In this document: positions 37,506 to 50,470 of the stretch, one piece after another
How the letters are laid out: every line of letters begins with the position of its first letter
Numbering within the stretch: the first letter of the stretch is position 1
Source of the DNA: the human T2T-CHM13v2.0 reference genome, Homo sapiens
Assembly: GCF_009914755.1 (NCBI RefSeq)
Contig: NC_060929.1
DNA: 64,000 nt
Reading direction: 5' to 3' (one strand)
Notes under the pieces: model-generated
The model's input: only the letters and a program-made list of their open reading frames with translations
Database searches by the model: none
Told to the model about the DNA's origin: nothing
Program-made: the position numbers and the translations under genes

Positions 37506-39559
37506 TTTTATTTCCTTTCTCGTTTTTTATCCTTTCACAGATGTAGAAGTAGCTAAATCCCAAACAACCATTTGTTCATCAAAAGATAAATACTGTCATC
37601 TCTACCTCCAGCACAAAGAAAGCATTAATCCATGGACTGACTCCTCTCAGGAGAATTTAGCGTCTCAAGTGTGAAGTCTTTTCACTGGAGCTTGAGATGA
37701 AGAAGAAGAGGGAATTCTAAAGGTTCCCCATCATCCACCTACCCTGACCATCCCCCCTATTCTGGACCTACCCTTGACTAACAGTCACATAGTGTAGGGA
37801 GTAGAGTACAGAAAGCAGAGGATGTACTGGTTCATTTTCCTGAGCCACTTACTAATCACCTGACAGAAGGCGAGTCATTTCAGCCAAAAATAATAACAGC
37901 CGTCATCTACTGAATCCCTTAAAAGTGCCCCCACTAGACTGAAAATTCCTTGAGATAAGGATGGACTTACTTATGCCCTCCCTTAAGTGACTACCAAAGT
38001 GCAAATAGTTGGCACTCAAAATACATTCATTGAATATAAAATTGAGATAATTCTTTTTTCCTTTATTTTTTGCCTGCTTCATTTTTCCTTTATATAAAAC
38101 TGGGATCATTCTGCCTTGCCCATGCTGTAGGGTTTTTATGAAGATTAAATGAGTGCATTTCTATAAAAACTTTTTGAGGTTATAAAATATGCAAATGTAA
38201 GGAATCTGTCTGTTTTGGGTCTAGGAAAAAAGTAGAAAAAAGAAGAAATGAAAAAGATAAAAGAGAGCTGGGAGTGAGGTAGGCAGCTACATTTGAAAGC
38301 AATCTGAAGCCACTCAGAGGTGGAGGAAAGAGATTTAAATTGCTGCAAGAATTTGAAGGCCACCTCCCACCCAGCCCATCAGTCTTTCAGGGACTGTTCT
38401 TCAAGACTTACTCAAAGACATTCTGTCCTATGACCAACTTTAGGGTAACGGGGAAAAGAATTATGACAGTCACATCATATGATGAAATGCCAAGTAGCAT
38501 TTCAAAGGTCACACTTCAGAAAGTCTGTTAATGATATGGAAAGTGATTAAGCACAAATTATGTAATTTTAAAAATAAAGCAGTTGAGATCTTAATTTTGT
38601 AAATATATATATATAATAAAAACATATAGAAGCAATGAGAAAAGACTGAGCAGAGATCTATCAATAAGTTACCAGAAATATATTATTATAAGTCATTTTA
38701 ATTGTCTTTTAAATATATATGCATTTTTATACACTCTTCAATGAATAAGTGAATAATTGGAAATATAACTCTGTGTGTGTGTGTGTAAACATATTCTGTT
38801 CTTCACTGTTCTAGCCAGGAACTGATTTAGATCTGAATCAATTATTCCAAGAACCAAAATCACCAAGAACTGAATCACATCCAATCACCTTGAACCAAGT
38901 CCCAGTTGGAAAAAATGAGACCCATAATTCAGCTTTTTCGTTTTGTCAGCTGTAAGGCTAGATTAGGCCCTTTCCCCTTCAACCCTGGAGGTTAGATGCC
39001 TGGTTCCAGCAATGGCTCTTCTTCTAATAGCTCTGTGCTCTCAGACATATCACTGCCCCTCTCTGGGCCTCCCTCCTGTGCTGTAAAATGATGGAGCTGC
39101 AATCGGGGCCGCCTGGGCAATTGTTACGCCACTCATGACCTTCTCTTGGTTCTTTTCCTCTGTGTTCTGCTTGTTCCGTTTCACTGCCCCTTACAATTCT
39201 TCCCAAGGAAAAGAAGTGAAATGCAAATGAGTTTTTTGAGTTTTTGTTGACACCTCTAACTGCAGGTTGGAAAGCTTGGGGGCTTTGGCCCTGGTTGGGT
39301 AGGTTCTGCTCGCTGGGGAATCAGGCCTGAGCTGGCTCTGATCCCTCTCCCTTCTCCTAATCACTGCCCTGGCTGCAGAACTCTGGGCTGGCACCAGAAT
39401 AGCAGCCAACATTTGGCTGACACAGGACATAATTTTTAATCATGGGAAGGCAGACATAAGTACAAAAGGCCTATTTTCTTCACGCAGGTTCAAGTATCTG
39501 CTTTTGGGTTATGTCTGTCTGTATTTGGCAGGGCTGGTCTTGGGGAAGTTCCGGGATTC

Positions 39560-40130
39560 GTGAACAAAAGGTCAGTCTCCTTCCTTTTCCAGGATGGAAG
39601 CGGCACAAATTGTTCTGATCAGGGAGCAATAACATGCAACGATCCCCAGGGCTCCCAGGCAGGCGGAGGGGGCACCCAGTCTCAGCAGCCCGCGATCTGC
39701 TTGGCCCCTGCGAGCTGCATGCCTCACATTTCCCCAGCTCCAGCCTCCTTTCAAAGGCCCTTTATTAAACCACCAACTATTTGCTGTCGAGACATTTAGG
39801 ATGAAATCATTGTGTTAAACAAATAAACGCAGCTTCGTCCAGATTTCTGCTCTGGGAGCAGAGTAAGAAAATAATTTCTGTCTGCTCGCCACAAAAGCGG
39901 CTGGAAAGGTCCAAAGAAAAATATTATTTTTACTCCATTGTGTGAAATATTGTCCTGGAGGATCTGACGGGCTGAGCGTTTGAAGAGTTTGTGCTGGCAG
40001 GTTTCAAGGGTCCCCTGGGTCGGCCCCCTGGGATTGTTTTCTGCATTAATAAACTGAGCATGATGTGTGTTAAAAGGAACATTCTGTTTGCTTTGTAAAT
40101 AAGGGATGTCAAACAAGAAGCAGAAGCCTT
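39560..40130. promoter_or_regulatory. Candidate distal enhancer (forkhead/homeobox/TCF motif cluster)
   Basis: Repeat-free, CpG-retaining; gttaaacaaataaac, tgtttgctttgtaaat, cattaataaa, tttattaaa, ctttcaaagg. Confidence 0.45.
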
Positions 40131-41044
40131 ACAGACACTAGGTGATGTGTTCTCAGAGCGGGGAGAGGGAGGAGGGTGGGAGAGGCACCCTGGAAAAATG
40201 GGCATCACTGGGGCTCCCTGAACTGAGCGGAGGCCTTGTTGAGAAAACAAATCAGTCTGTTTGAGTCCAAACCAGGCCACTTCCTCACTGATCCTGGTGG
40301 GAAAGCTGAACACTTTGCCCTGAACCAGCAGGATACGGGCTTGGGAAGGAAAGTTCTCAAGTGTCTGTCAGCTGTGTGGTGGAGGAGAGATGATGGCGCC
40401 TGGCAGAGGCCCTCCCCCTACCCGCACCCCCCTCCCCTCCCTTTTGGAGAAGGTTCTTGGCTTGCCGGGGTCTCCCAGAGCTGGAGGGCAGGAGGGGGCA
40501 GAGGTTAAAGCCATATCTTTGGGAATGATGATGTGGCTCTCGCCCCCTCTATCCCTCTCATACTCCTTCCTCAGATGTCACTGCAGCCCCAAGCGGGTTC
40601 CCCTGTCAAATTCCTGACCGGTCCTTGGGGACGCTGACATCGTGGGAGACACATCACCCTGGCCCTGTGATCCTTGCCTCTGCGGGAAACCTGCAGGAGC
40701 CAGGGCAGGATGTGTACCGTCTCTGGCTCAAGTATTTGCTATTTTCACAGGTGCCTCCCCTGGCCCCGCAGCCCTCTCCGTTGTCCGCTGTCCGCTCCAA
40801 TGTTATTGAAGGCTCCCCAGACCTCCCAGGCATTCTCATTTCCACCCGCTGCCCTGCTGCTGTCTTCCCTCTCTCCCTAAATTCTCCCTTCCCCTCTGTG
40901 GTCCTCGGAGGAATCCCTTGTCATCCATTTCTATTCTGGAAAGTCCTGGCTCTCTCCTTGCCCAAAAGTTCAAACTGTTTCTTGAAGCTTTGGAAGAAGG
41001 GGACAACAGGGAATCCTGAGTTCTGTTTAGTGAGCATCATAGAC

Positions 41045-41235
41045 TCTCAGAGCTTCAAGGGTCTAGACACAGAAATCAGGGGCCTGCCCCCAGGTACCAT
41101 TAGAATCACCTGGAGAGCCTTTACAGGTTCTGTTTTCTGAGCCCACACCTGAGTAGTTCTGCTTCAGTTACCTTGCGGTGATCCTCAAACCTCAAAACTT
41201 TGTAAAGTTTTGGTGACTCCAGCGGTGGCTAATTT
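41045..41235. mobile_element. MER5-like MITE
   Basis: cattagaatcacctggagagcttt-like core, gagcccacacctgag...tctgcttcagt. Confidence 0.5.
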
Positions 41236-41307
41236 CAAGCACAGCAACCAAGCGCCCAAGCCAAAACTATTGTTCTTACCCACATGTTTATTTCATGGAG
41301 GAGTAAG

Positions 41308-42297
41308 TGTGAGTTTCCTGTGACTGCTGCAACTAAATGCCACAAACTGGGGGGCTTAAACAACAGATATTTCTTCTCTCACAGCGCTGGAGGCTGGAAG
41401 GCCAAAATCAAGGTGATTTTGGCAGAGCCAGGCTACCTCTGGAGGCTCTAGGGAAGGGTCCTTCCTCGCCTCTCCCAGCCTCCCTTGGCTGCAGACATTC
41501 CTTGGCTTGTGGCTGCATCTCTCTCTCTCTCTTCACTTTGCCTTTTCCTCTCTTCTGTCTATGTTATTTCCCTCTTATTGTTACAGAACAGGGACAGGGA
41601 AGTGCTGGGTAGAGAAGGGTGTGGTCCCAGGCGAGGGCTCTGTGCCCACAGACTAAGGTGAGGTCAGGCATTTCTGTTTTCTTGCCTAAATGTTGCATTT
41701 CCCAAGACCACCGTGGCCTGCCATGCCCCCATCCTGTGCCTATGAAAACCCCAAGACCCTAGCAGGCAGAGACACAAGCGGCTGGACATTGAGAGGACGT
41801 GGAGAGCACACCAAAAAGCACCAGCAGGCCAGCAGGCCATCGACTGGTGGAATGACAGAGTTTGGCTGGGGCGGTTGGAGGAGAGCCTGGGCTGCTGAGT
41901 GGCCCGACTCCAGTGGAAAACCATCCCCCTTCTGCCTCCCCCATCTGCTAAGAGCTACTTCCACTCAATAAAACATTTCACTCATTCTCCAAACCCCCGT
42001 GTGATCCAATTCTTCTGATACATCAAGGTATCGGAGCACTGAAGAAGCAAGCCACATTCCCCATCACACGCCCTGCAAGGGGAACAAGGGGACTTTTCCC
42101 ATTTCATTATGACACTGGTGATGGCATTTTGATCCTAGCTGGATAAACCAAGATAAGTTCCTCCCCTCAAAATCTTAACTACATCTTTTGCCATAAAAGG
42201 TGATATCCACTCTTTTACCATAGGAGGTGATAATCACAGGTTCTAGCAATTAGGACATGAACATAGTTTTTAGGGGGCCGCTGTTCAGTCTACTACA
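41308..42297 (-). mobile_element. MLT1 (B/C-type) LTR interrupted by ERV1 LTR
   Basis: gtgagtttcctgtgactgctg...gcttaaacaacag...; resumes gacactggtgatggcattt...ttcagtctactaca. Confidence 0.85.
41579..42106 (+). mobile_element. ERV1 solo LTR (LTR27/LTR28/MER52 group)
   Basis: TG...CA termini, 4-bp TSD ttat (41575-78/42107-10), aaatgttgcatttcccaagacc, AATAAA at ~41967. Confidence 0.85.
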
Positions 42298-42469
42298 GTC
42301 CCTCAGTCAGTGGCTGAGTCAGGGCTGGAATCTGGATCTTTTTATTTCCTCTAGAGTGTATCTGCTGCTCTAGTCCATTTTTAGCAAGCAACAAATCTTC
42401 CTGAAAGATCTATTTTAAAAGGTGACCCCCTATCTGAGAGCATCTGGGGCCACACACTTCCTTTTGAAG

Positions 42470-42650
42470 CAGTGTAGTGTTAATTTATGTGCAGGGTTTT
42501 ATAGTCAGAAGACTTGAGTTCAAACCTCAGCACTTACTTATTTTGCCAATTTCCTTGTCTGTACATTGGGGGTAATCACATAGACTTGTTTAAACGGTTA
42601 ACTGATATAATGCATGTAACGCACTTAGCAGAATCAAGCACACAATATAG
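42470..42650 (+). mobile_element. MIR
   Basis: agtcagaagacttgagttcaaacctcagc...ataatgcatgtaacgcacttagca. Confidence 0.7.
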
Positions 42651-42651
42651 G

Positions 42652-43018
42652 CTTGATTCGTTTGCTAGGGCTGCCATAACAAAGTACCGCAGTCTGGGTG
42701 GATTAGACAACAGAAATTTCTTCTCTCCATTCTGGAAGCTGAAAGTCAGCAGGTTTGGTTTCTTCTGAGTTCTCTCTCCCTGGCTTAAAGTTGACCAACT
42801 TCTTTGCATCCTCACATGACCTTCTCTCTGTACTTAGGCACTCCTGGCATCCCTTCCTCTCCTTATGAGGACATAAGTGCTGTTATATTAGGACCCCACC
42901 ATTTTGACTTCATTTAGTGTTTATTATCCCTTTAAAGCCCTGTCTCCAAATACAGTCACAGTGTGGGTTGAGGTTTCAACATATAAATTTTAAGGGAAAA
43001 CAATTCAGTCTATAACAA
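42652..43018 (-). mobile_element. MLT1A MaLR solo LTR
   Basis: tttgctagggctgccataacaaagtacc...tctccaaatacagtcaca...caattcagtctataaca. Confidence 0.9.
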
Positions 43019-43092
43019 AGTTTAATGTTAGTTATTAGCATTATTATTGGTCAGGCAGGGGTTAAATATTTTATCATTAAAAACTATTAAAT

Positions 43093-43447
<355 letters not shown>

Positions 43448-43923
43448 TCAAAAATAAGGAATAAATAAAATATGCAATAGGTATATTGCTAATGCAACAT
43501 TAGCAACCAATGAGCTGAATTAAAATTGAACAGTGAATGGAGGTACTGGAAGCCCTCACTTGGGAGGCAGGGGGCAAGTGGGCCACACTGGGAAAGGGGC
43601 CAAGACTGCAGAGGGTGACAGATTGAGTGGGAGCAATTTCAGGGAGTTGCACAGAGCTCTTCTTCTTGCACTCATAGCTAAGTGGTCTCCAAGGAATTGC
43701 CACCTGCTTGGCATCCTGGCAAGCTTTAGCAGTAGCCACCCGCAGCCTGCTACTTCCTTGCTAGTCTGTTTTAAGAGTAATATGAGCAAAAAGAGTCAGG
43801 GAAACTTAAAGGTACCTGAGAACTGTCAGAAATGAGAGGCTGTCATTTAGAGCCTTTGAAAGATTTCATGTTGCTTTTGTAAAATCCCTGACTTTCCCCA
43901 GCCAGTATTAAAGGGAAAATTCT

Positions 43924-44210
43924 GGCCGGGCACGGTGCCTCATGACTGTAATCCCAGCATTTTGGGAGGCCGAGGCAGGCAGATCACAAGGTCAGGAGAT
44001 CAAGACCATCCTGGCTAACACGGTGAAACCCTGTCTCTACTAAAAATACAAAAAGTTAGCCGGGCATGGTGGCAGGCGCCTGTAATCCCAGCTACTCAAG
44101 AGGCTGAGGCAGGAGAATCACTTGAACCCAGGAGGTGGAGGTTGCAGTGAGCTGAGGTCGTGCTACTGCACTCCAGCCTGGGTGACAGAGGGAGACTCCA
44201 AAAAAAAAAA
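43924..44210 (+). mobile_element. AluS/Y (Sc-like)
   Basis: ggccgggcacggtg...gagatcaagaccatcctggctaacacgg. Confidence 0.95.
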
Positions 44211-44306
44211 CAGGAAGGAAGGAAGGAGGGAGGGAGGGAGGCAGGGAGGGAGGGAGGGAGGGAGGGAGGGACGGATGGAGGGAAGAAGAGAGAGAGAGAA
44301 AAAGAT

Positions 44307-44361
<55 letters not shown>

Positions 44362-44378
44362 AAAGAAAGAAAGAAAAA
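44211..44378. repeat. Compound (GGAA)/(GGGA)n/(GAAA)n purine STR grown from Alu tail
   Basis: Read directly; ~10 GAAA units. Confidence 0.95.
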
Positions 44379-45544
44379 ATTCCTCATGGTCAGGCTCAGA
44401 TCACATCTCCCAGCATCATGGAGTTGCTGAGTTTCCCCATCATGTTGCCATTTTTAGCAGGCAACACAATTGCACTGGAAGATCTACTTTAAAAGGTGAC
44501 TTCCCCAGGGCCTTATCTTCTCCCCTCTGACACTCCCATGGTGCAGCTCCATCTCCATCACTGTCTCCCAGGGATTTCTTTTCCTCATCTTGCCCCATGA
44601 GCAGTGGGTGACCAGAAATCCTAATCTTGCTCCTGGAGGAAAGTTCAAGACAGTAAGATATGGGTGAAGCCTGACTGTTAAGGTCACTTCACAGTGAGGG
44701 GAAGCCAGGCTGGCCCGAGCATCTTCCCAGAGCTTCATGCTAGAAGGCAACCCAGGCCAAACCCCACAAGAAAGCATGCCCTGTCTCCACAGTGTATAAT
44801 CAGAGCAGAATGATAACATTCTTCTCTAGTATGTTTAATATGTATCTGTTTCCTCTGCTGGTTAGTGCCACTTGTTTTCCTTCTCCTGACTTCTCTTTAG
44901 CTGGTTGTTTTTTCACATAAACTTCAAAGTTGTAGCCAACCAAGTATTTACACTATACCAGGAAGGGCTCTTTAAAGACTGTGGGAAAAAACATGAAAAC
45001 TCAGTAGTTTCTGTACTATCTCCTACACATCTTCATGCAGCTACTTTTAATGGTGCTTCTGGCCTGTCCTCCTTGCATTGTGGGGTCTGCCTATAGGATA
45101 ATCAAAGCTCGGCCAACGAGGGAGTAATAACAGCTTAAATTAGCTCCAGCTATGGATAGAATCAGAATCATGGTGTGATGACAATATTTCCAAGGAAGTT
45201 TTAAATAATGCTAGAGGATCACTCAACATTTTACAACTGCTGCAGTCTTCTCTGGCGTTCTTGCTTCCAACATACATTAGAAGATGGGACTGTAAGTCAA
45301 AAAATGTACTGCACAAAGCCATGAGTTAAACTGAACCAGTTTTAAGTCCCTTTAAGCTGAGATAGCTGAGAGTCTACAAGTCTTCAGTGAAACAAAGAGA
45401 AGGCTGAGGATTAGTCCCAAGCAGCCTCCTGCAGGGAGGGAACAGCGCAAGGGAAAACCAGGACCTCAGAGTTCAAGATTTCTTGTTTTCAGAGAGCAAT
45501 AGAACTTCTTTTTTTCCCTCTGTACCTCCTTTAGCTTTACTTGT

Positions 45545-46205
45545 TTATTTTTTTAAGTTAGGGTATAAATTACATACAACAAAATTTATCCTTTTAATTA
45601 TAGAGTTCTGCATGTTTTGACAAACACATACAATCATGAAACCACTTCCACAATAAGATATTAAACAGTTGTATCAATCCCCCTACCACATATTTCTATA
45701 CTCCTTTGTAGTCAATCTCTTTTCCCACCCCCAGCCCCTGGAAACCACTGTTTTTCCCAGAACAGCATGCAAATAAAATCATACAATATGCAGTCTTTTG
45801 GGTCTGGCTCCTTTCACTTAGCATAATGCATTGAGGGTCATCCACGTTTCCATGTTATTGAAATATCATAATTTGTTCTTTTTCTGTTTTTGAATATAAT
45901 TCCATTGTATGGATGTACTATATTTTGTTTATCTGTTCACCAGCTGAAGGACTTTTTTTCTAGGTTTTGTTGGTATGAATAAAGCCACTATAAATATTCA
46001 CATACAGATTTTGGCATGGACATAAATTTTAATATCCCTTGAGTAAATAGTTGGGAATGAGACTGCTATATCATGTTAAGTGTTTGTTTGGCATTATCAA
46101 AAACTTCAACTGTTTTCCAATGTGGCTGTGCCATTTTGCATTCCCACCAGCAGCGGATGAGAGTTCCAGTTACTCCACATTCTTGCCAGCATTTGGCATT
46201 GTCAA
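45545..46205 (-). mobile_element. L1MB-type 3' end
   Basis: ctttcacttagcataatgc...tccattgtatggatgtac...ccattttgcattcccaccagcag. Confidence 0.85.
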
Positions 46206-47411
46206 TTGTAGTTTCTTTTGGAATGCACAACAGCCTTGTTTTTTAGAAAAAGAGGCTAAACCAGTAAGAATGTGTGACTTATTCAGCTGACTAAATAGTC
46301 AGGCCAGAATTTAAACTCAGAACCCTGGACAGTTCTAGACTAATTTTAGTCCAGTGTTTTAACTTTCCTAATCTCATCCCCCTCTACACAGCTCCGCCAC
46401 AGTCGTAAAAACCAACGGTTTAGCAACTATAACAACTGTGACAGCCAGCAGTCTAGTAGCTACTGGAGGAGCAGATAGGTTGGGAGCTCCCCCAAATCCT
46501 ATCCCCAGAGAATCGGCACTATTTGATTTGGCTGGCAACTTGCTGCAAAGCTCCATTCTCAGGGTTTCTCTTTCTTTGATGTGACTCAAAGCTTTCTATG
46601 TGCAAGCAGCCTGTCCACAGGGTGCTTGTTGAAAGCAATCAGCTGCAATTGTCTAATTGCATCTGAGGCAGCATTAGCAGTCACAGCTAACAAGAGGCTG
46701 ACCAAAAATCTTAAAAGGAAAAACTAGTAAATGAGATGTTCATAGGGAAATTTGCAAAGCTCAAACATATTTCTGGGAATCTAATAAGCCATGCACATGC
46801 ACAGGACTGTGTGCATGCCCAGAGCTGTCTATATGTCAAGAAAATACCTGAGAAGATCCAAAATTCTCACCTCTTACTTTGAGGCTCTGCACTAGCAGAG
46901 AATGAAGGCTTAGATAGAGTTATAATCTACTTGCTAGAACATTAAGGACATGCTCCAACACAGAGAGAGCCACTTGGAAAAGGCTGGGAGACTCATTCGT
47001 TAAGGAGTTTAATAAAATCTCTGTCTAATCATTAGACTACTAAGCTAACCAACCAGAGACTTAAAGGCCACACATGACAAAAAGTACTAAGTCCAAGAGG
47101 GTCACTAAACAAACAAACAGCAGAGGCAGTAACAATTGCCTGAAAAGTATGGCCCATACACAGGAGGAAAAAAGCAGTCAGTAACAACTTTTCCTAAAGA
47201 AGCTCAAATATTAGACAAAAACACTAATTCAGCTATTATAGATATGTTCAAATAACTAAAGGAAATCATGGGTGAGGAATTAAAGGGAAGTATGAAAACA
47301 ACATCTTACCAAACAGAATATCAATAATGAGATAGACATTATTAAAAGAACCAAATAAAAATGTGGGGTTTGAAAAGGATAATAACTAAAATGAAAAATT
47401 TACTGGAGGCT

Positions 47412-47953
47412 TGTATTAGGGCTCAACAGAGAAACAGAATCAATAGGAATATCTATATCTATAGCTACAGAAAGAGAGAGAGAAGAGAAGATTTATTAGG
47501 AAAACTGTCTCACACAATTATGGAGGCTGAAAAGTCCCATGATATTCTATGTGCGAGCTGGAGAACCACGGAAGCAAGTAGCATGACTCAGTCCAAGTCT
47601 GAAGATCTGACAACTAGGAGAGCTACTGGTAAAAATCTTGAAGTCCAAAAGCTGGAAATCGTAGAGTTCTGATGTCTGATGGCAGGAGTAGATGTGTGTT
47701 CCAGCTCCAGAAGAGAGAGAGGGAAAAAAATTTACCTTTTCTCTGTCTTCTTGTGCTTTCCATGCCCTCAGTAGATTGAATGGTGCCCACCCACATTGGG
47801 TAAAGGGGTAGAGCGGTTCTTCCTTACTCAGTCCAAGGATTTAAATGCCAATCATTTATGGAAACACCCTCACAGACATCGAAATAATGCTGTACCAGCT
47901 ATCTGAGGTATCCCTTAATCTAGTCAAGTTGACACTTAAAACTAACCAACATA
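47412..47953 (-). mobile_element. MLT2 (ERVL) solo LTR
   Basis: tgtattaggg...agagaaacagaatcaatagga...tagtcaagttgacacttaaaactaacc. Confidence 0.9.
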
Positions 47954-47971
47954 GGACTCAACAATAAATTT

Positions 47972-48119
47972 TATTTTTTATTTTTTATTTTTTTTTAATT
48001 TTTGAGACAGTATCTCACCATGTTGTCCAGGCTGGTCTCAAACTCCTGGGGTCAAGGTATCTGCCCACCTTGGCCTCCCAAAGTGCTGGGACTGTAGGTG
48101 TGAGCCACTGCACCTGGCC
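47972..48119 (-). mobile_element. Alu monomer (FLAM_C-like)
   Basis: Single antisense left arm with T-rich tail; TSD-like tcaacaataaattt/tcaacagcagattt. Confidence 0.85.
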
Positions 48120-48794
48120 TCAACAGCAGATTTTTAAATAGTAAAAGAAAGAATCAGCAAACTCAAAGACACAGCAGTTGAGATAATCCAATCTGAGAGA
48201 CAAGAATAAAACAGAATAAAAATACCTGAAAGAAACTTTGAGACCTGTAGGATACCATCAAGTATATCACCATATGCATAATGGGAGCCCTAAATGCAGA
48301 GAAGAGAGGGAAATAAAACAAAGAATATTTGAACAGATAATGGCTGAAACTGTTGATGAAAAACATTAATCTACATATCCAAGAAGCTTAACTAACTCCA
48401 AGTATAAACTCAAAGAATTCCACACCTAGATACATCAATCAAAACATCAAAACAAAAAACAAAAAGAAAATCTTGAGGGCAACAAGAGAAAAGCAACTCA
48501 TTCATACAATGGTGCTCAGTAAGATTAACAGCTGACTTCTCATCAGAAACCATGGAGGCCAGAAGGCAGTAGGATAACATACTTAAAGTGCTAAAAAAAG
48601 ACTGTCGGTCAAGAATTTTATATCCTGCAAAACTACTATTAAAAACTAAAGGAGAAATTAAGACATTCTAAGATCAACAGAAAAGGAGAGAACTCATTGC
48701 TAGCAGACCTGCCCTTTAGGTAGAAATTAAAGGACCCCAGGGAGTAACTCAAATCCACAAGAAGAAATAAGGACCACCAGTAAAGGTAAATACA

Positions 48795-48870
48795 TTGGTA
48801 AATACAAAAACAGCTTAAATGTATCAATCTCCTTGGTAAATACAAAAACAGCATAAATGTATCAATCTCC
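48795..48870. repeat. 38-bp tandem duplication
   Basis: ttggtaaatacaaaaacagc(t/a)taaatgtatcaatctcc x2, 1 mismatch. Confidence 0.95.
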
Positions 48871-49184
48871 TCAAAAGCCACAGTGGGTCACCATGGCATA
48901 TGTAGTTGCCCAAAGAGCCAAAATCTTGAGAAATTTTATCTTTCACAAATGCAGATGTACAAAAAGGACATCTCTTCATTTATTGAGGAAGTTTCAACAT
49001 TTTTATTGACATACACAATGCTTACACACAAAGTCAACTTTGTGACAATGCATTTTCATGGAGTCAAATCTGCAAAAGAAAAATACATAAAACAAATTAG
49101 AACTCTCTAAAGTTTTAAACAATTTATGCCTCCAGTACTGGAAATGATGTGAAGATGAAATACATAGCATAGCAAATTAATGCT

Positions 49185-49512
49185 ATGTGTGAAGGGGCAG
49201 ATTTCATACATGATTGAATAATTTTTCAGGAGAGATTTCCTGTAATTTTTACTTGCATTTTTACTTCTTCTATAATCTTTGAAACACTCAATACAGCTCT
49301 ATTTGGAGAGTGGTTGTGGTCTACAAATTTCACAACCATCTGCTGTTCATTTGAAAGTCTAGTTATTGCTTGGCTGTTGCAATTAAGCAATTTTGTGCTT
49401 TTGCAACACCAATAATAATTAGCTTTTAAATGTTTATCTTTCACCATTAAGTAGCCTTGTACACTGATCACAGCCTTTTTGCAAAGGAAAAATTTCATGG
49501 ACCTCTTCTATT
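49185..49512 (-). pseudogene. Decayed FLYWCH zinc-finger coding segment of a MULE transposase
   Basis: GYLMVKDKHLKANYYWCCKSTKLLNCNSQAITR...VDHNH (W-x-C, C, HxH); upstream frame IEEVHEIFPLQKGCD supplies the xxKG start, implying a frameshift; in-frame stop downstream. Confidence 0.8.
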
Positions 49513-49568
49513 GAGCTGGAAGAAAAACAGTAAGAAGGAATAATATTTGGCTTCCCTGACATCAAATC

Positions 49569-50470
49569 TGTATTAGTCAGGGTTCTCCAGAGAAACTGAA
49601 CCAATAGAATATGTACATAGATATATAGAGGGGATTTATTAGGAAAATTGCCTCACATAATTATGGTGGCTGAGAAGTTCAACAATAAGCCATCTGAAAG
49701 CTAGAGACCCAGGGATGCTGGTAGTGTGGCTCAGTCCAAGTCCAAAGGCTTCAGACCCAGGAAAGCTCATGGTATATCTGTCAGGCAGTGTAAGTTCTGA
49801 AGTCAAGGCCAGCAAGCCTGGAATTCTGATGTCCAAGACAGCCGATATGGTTTAATCTGTATGTCCCCACCCAAATCTCATGTCAAATTGTAATCCCCGT
49901 GTTTTGGAGGAGTGGCCTGGTGGGAGGTAATTGAATCATGGGGGCAGACTTCACCCTTGCTGTTCTCATGATGGAGTTCTCATGAGATCTGGTTGTTTAA
50001 AAGTGTGTAGCACTTCTGCCTTTGATCTCTCTCTCCTGCCACCATGTAAAAAAGGTACTTGCTTCCCCTTCACCCTTCCGCCATGATTATAAGTTTCCTG
50101 AGGCTTCCCAGCCATGCTTCCTATACAGCCTGTGGAACTGTGAGTCAATGACACCTCTTTACTTCATAAATTACCCAGTTTCAGGTAGTTCTTTATAGTA
50201 GCGTGAGAACAGACTAATACAGCAGCAGAAGAAAAGTCTGTCTCAGCTCCCAAAGAGAGAGATGAAGTGGCCTTTTGTATTTGTCCTCTCAAGGTCCCAG
50301 CCAATTGTATGGTGCCCTTCAACACTGAGGGCAGATCTTCTGCACCTAATCCACTCAGACTCACACTAATCTCCTCCAGAAACAGCCTCACGGACACGCC
50401 CAAAATAATGCCTTACCAGGTTTCTAGATATTCCTTAATCCAGTCAAGTTGACATCTAAAATTAAGTCCA
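49569..50470 (-). mobile_element. MLT2B-type LTR carried within Ricksha
   Basis: tgtattagtcagggttctccagagaaactgaaccaatag...ccagtcaagttgacatctaaaattaag, followed by ERVL-like cccttgtcaacctggcacc. Confidence 0.85.
49843..50221 (+). mobile_element. MSTA/THE1-type MaLR solo LTR
   Basis: gatatggttt...cccacccaaatctcatg...aagtttcctgaggc...agactaataca; TSD acagc/gcagc. Confidence 0.9.

Noticed and set aside
44211-44230. GGAA microsatellite as EWS-FLI1 response element
   Set aside because: Only ~3 consecutive GGAA units
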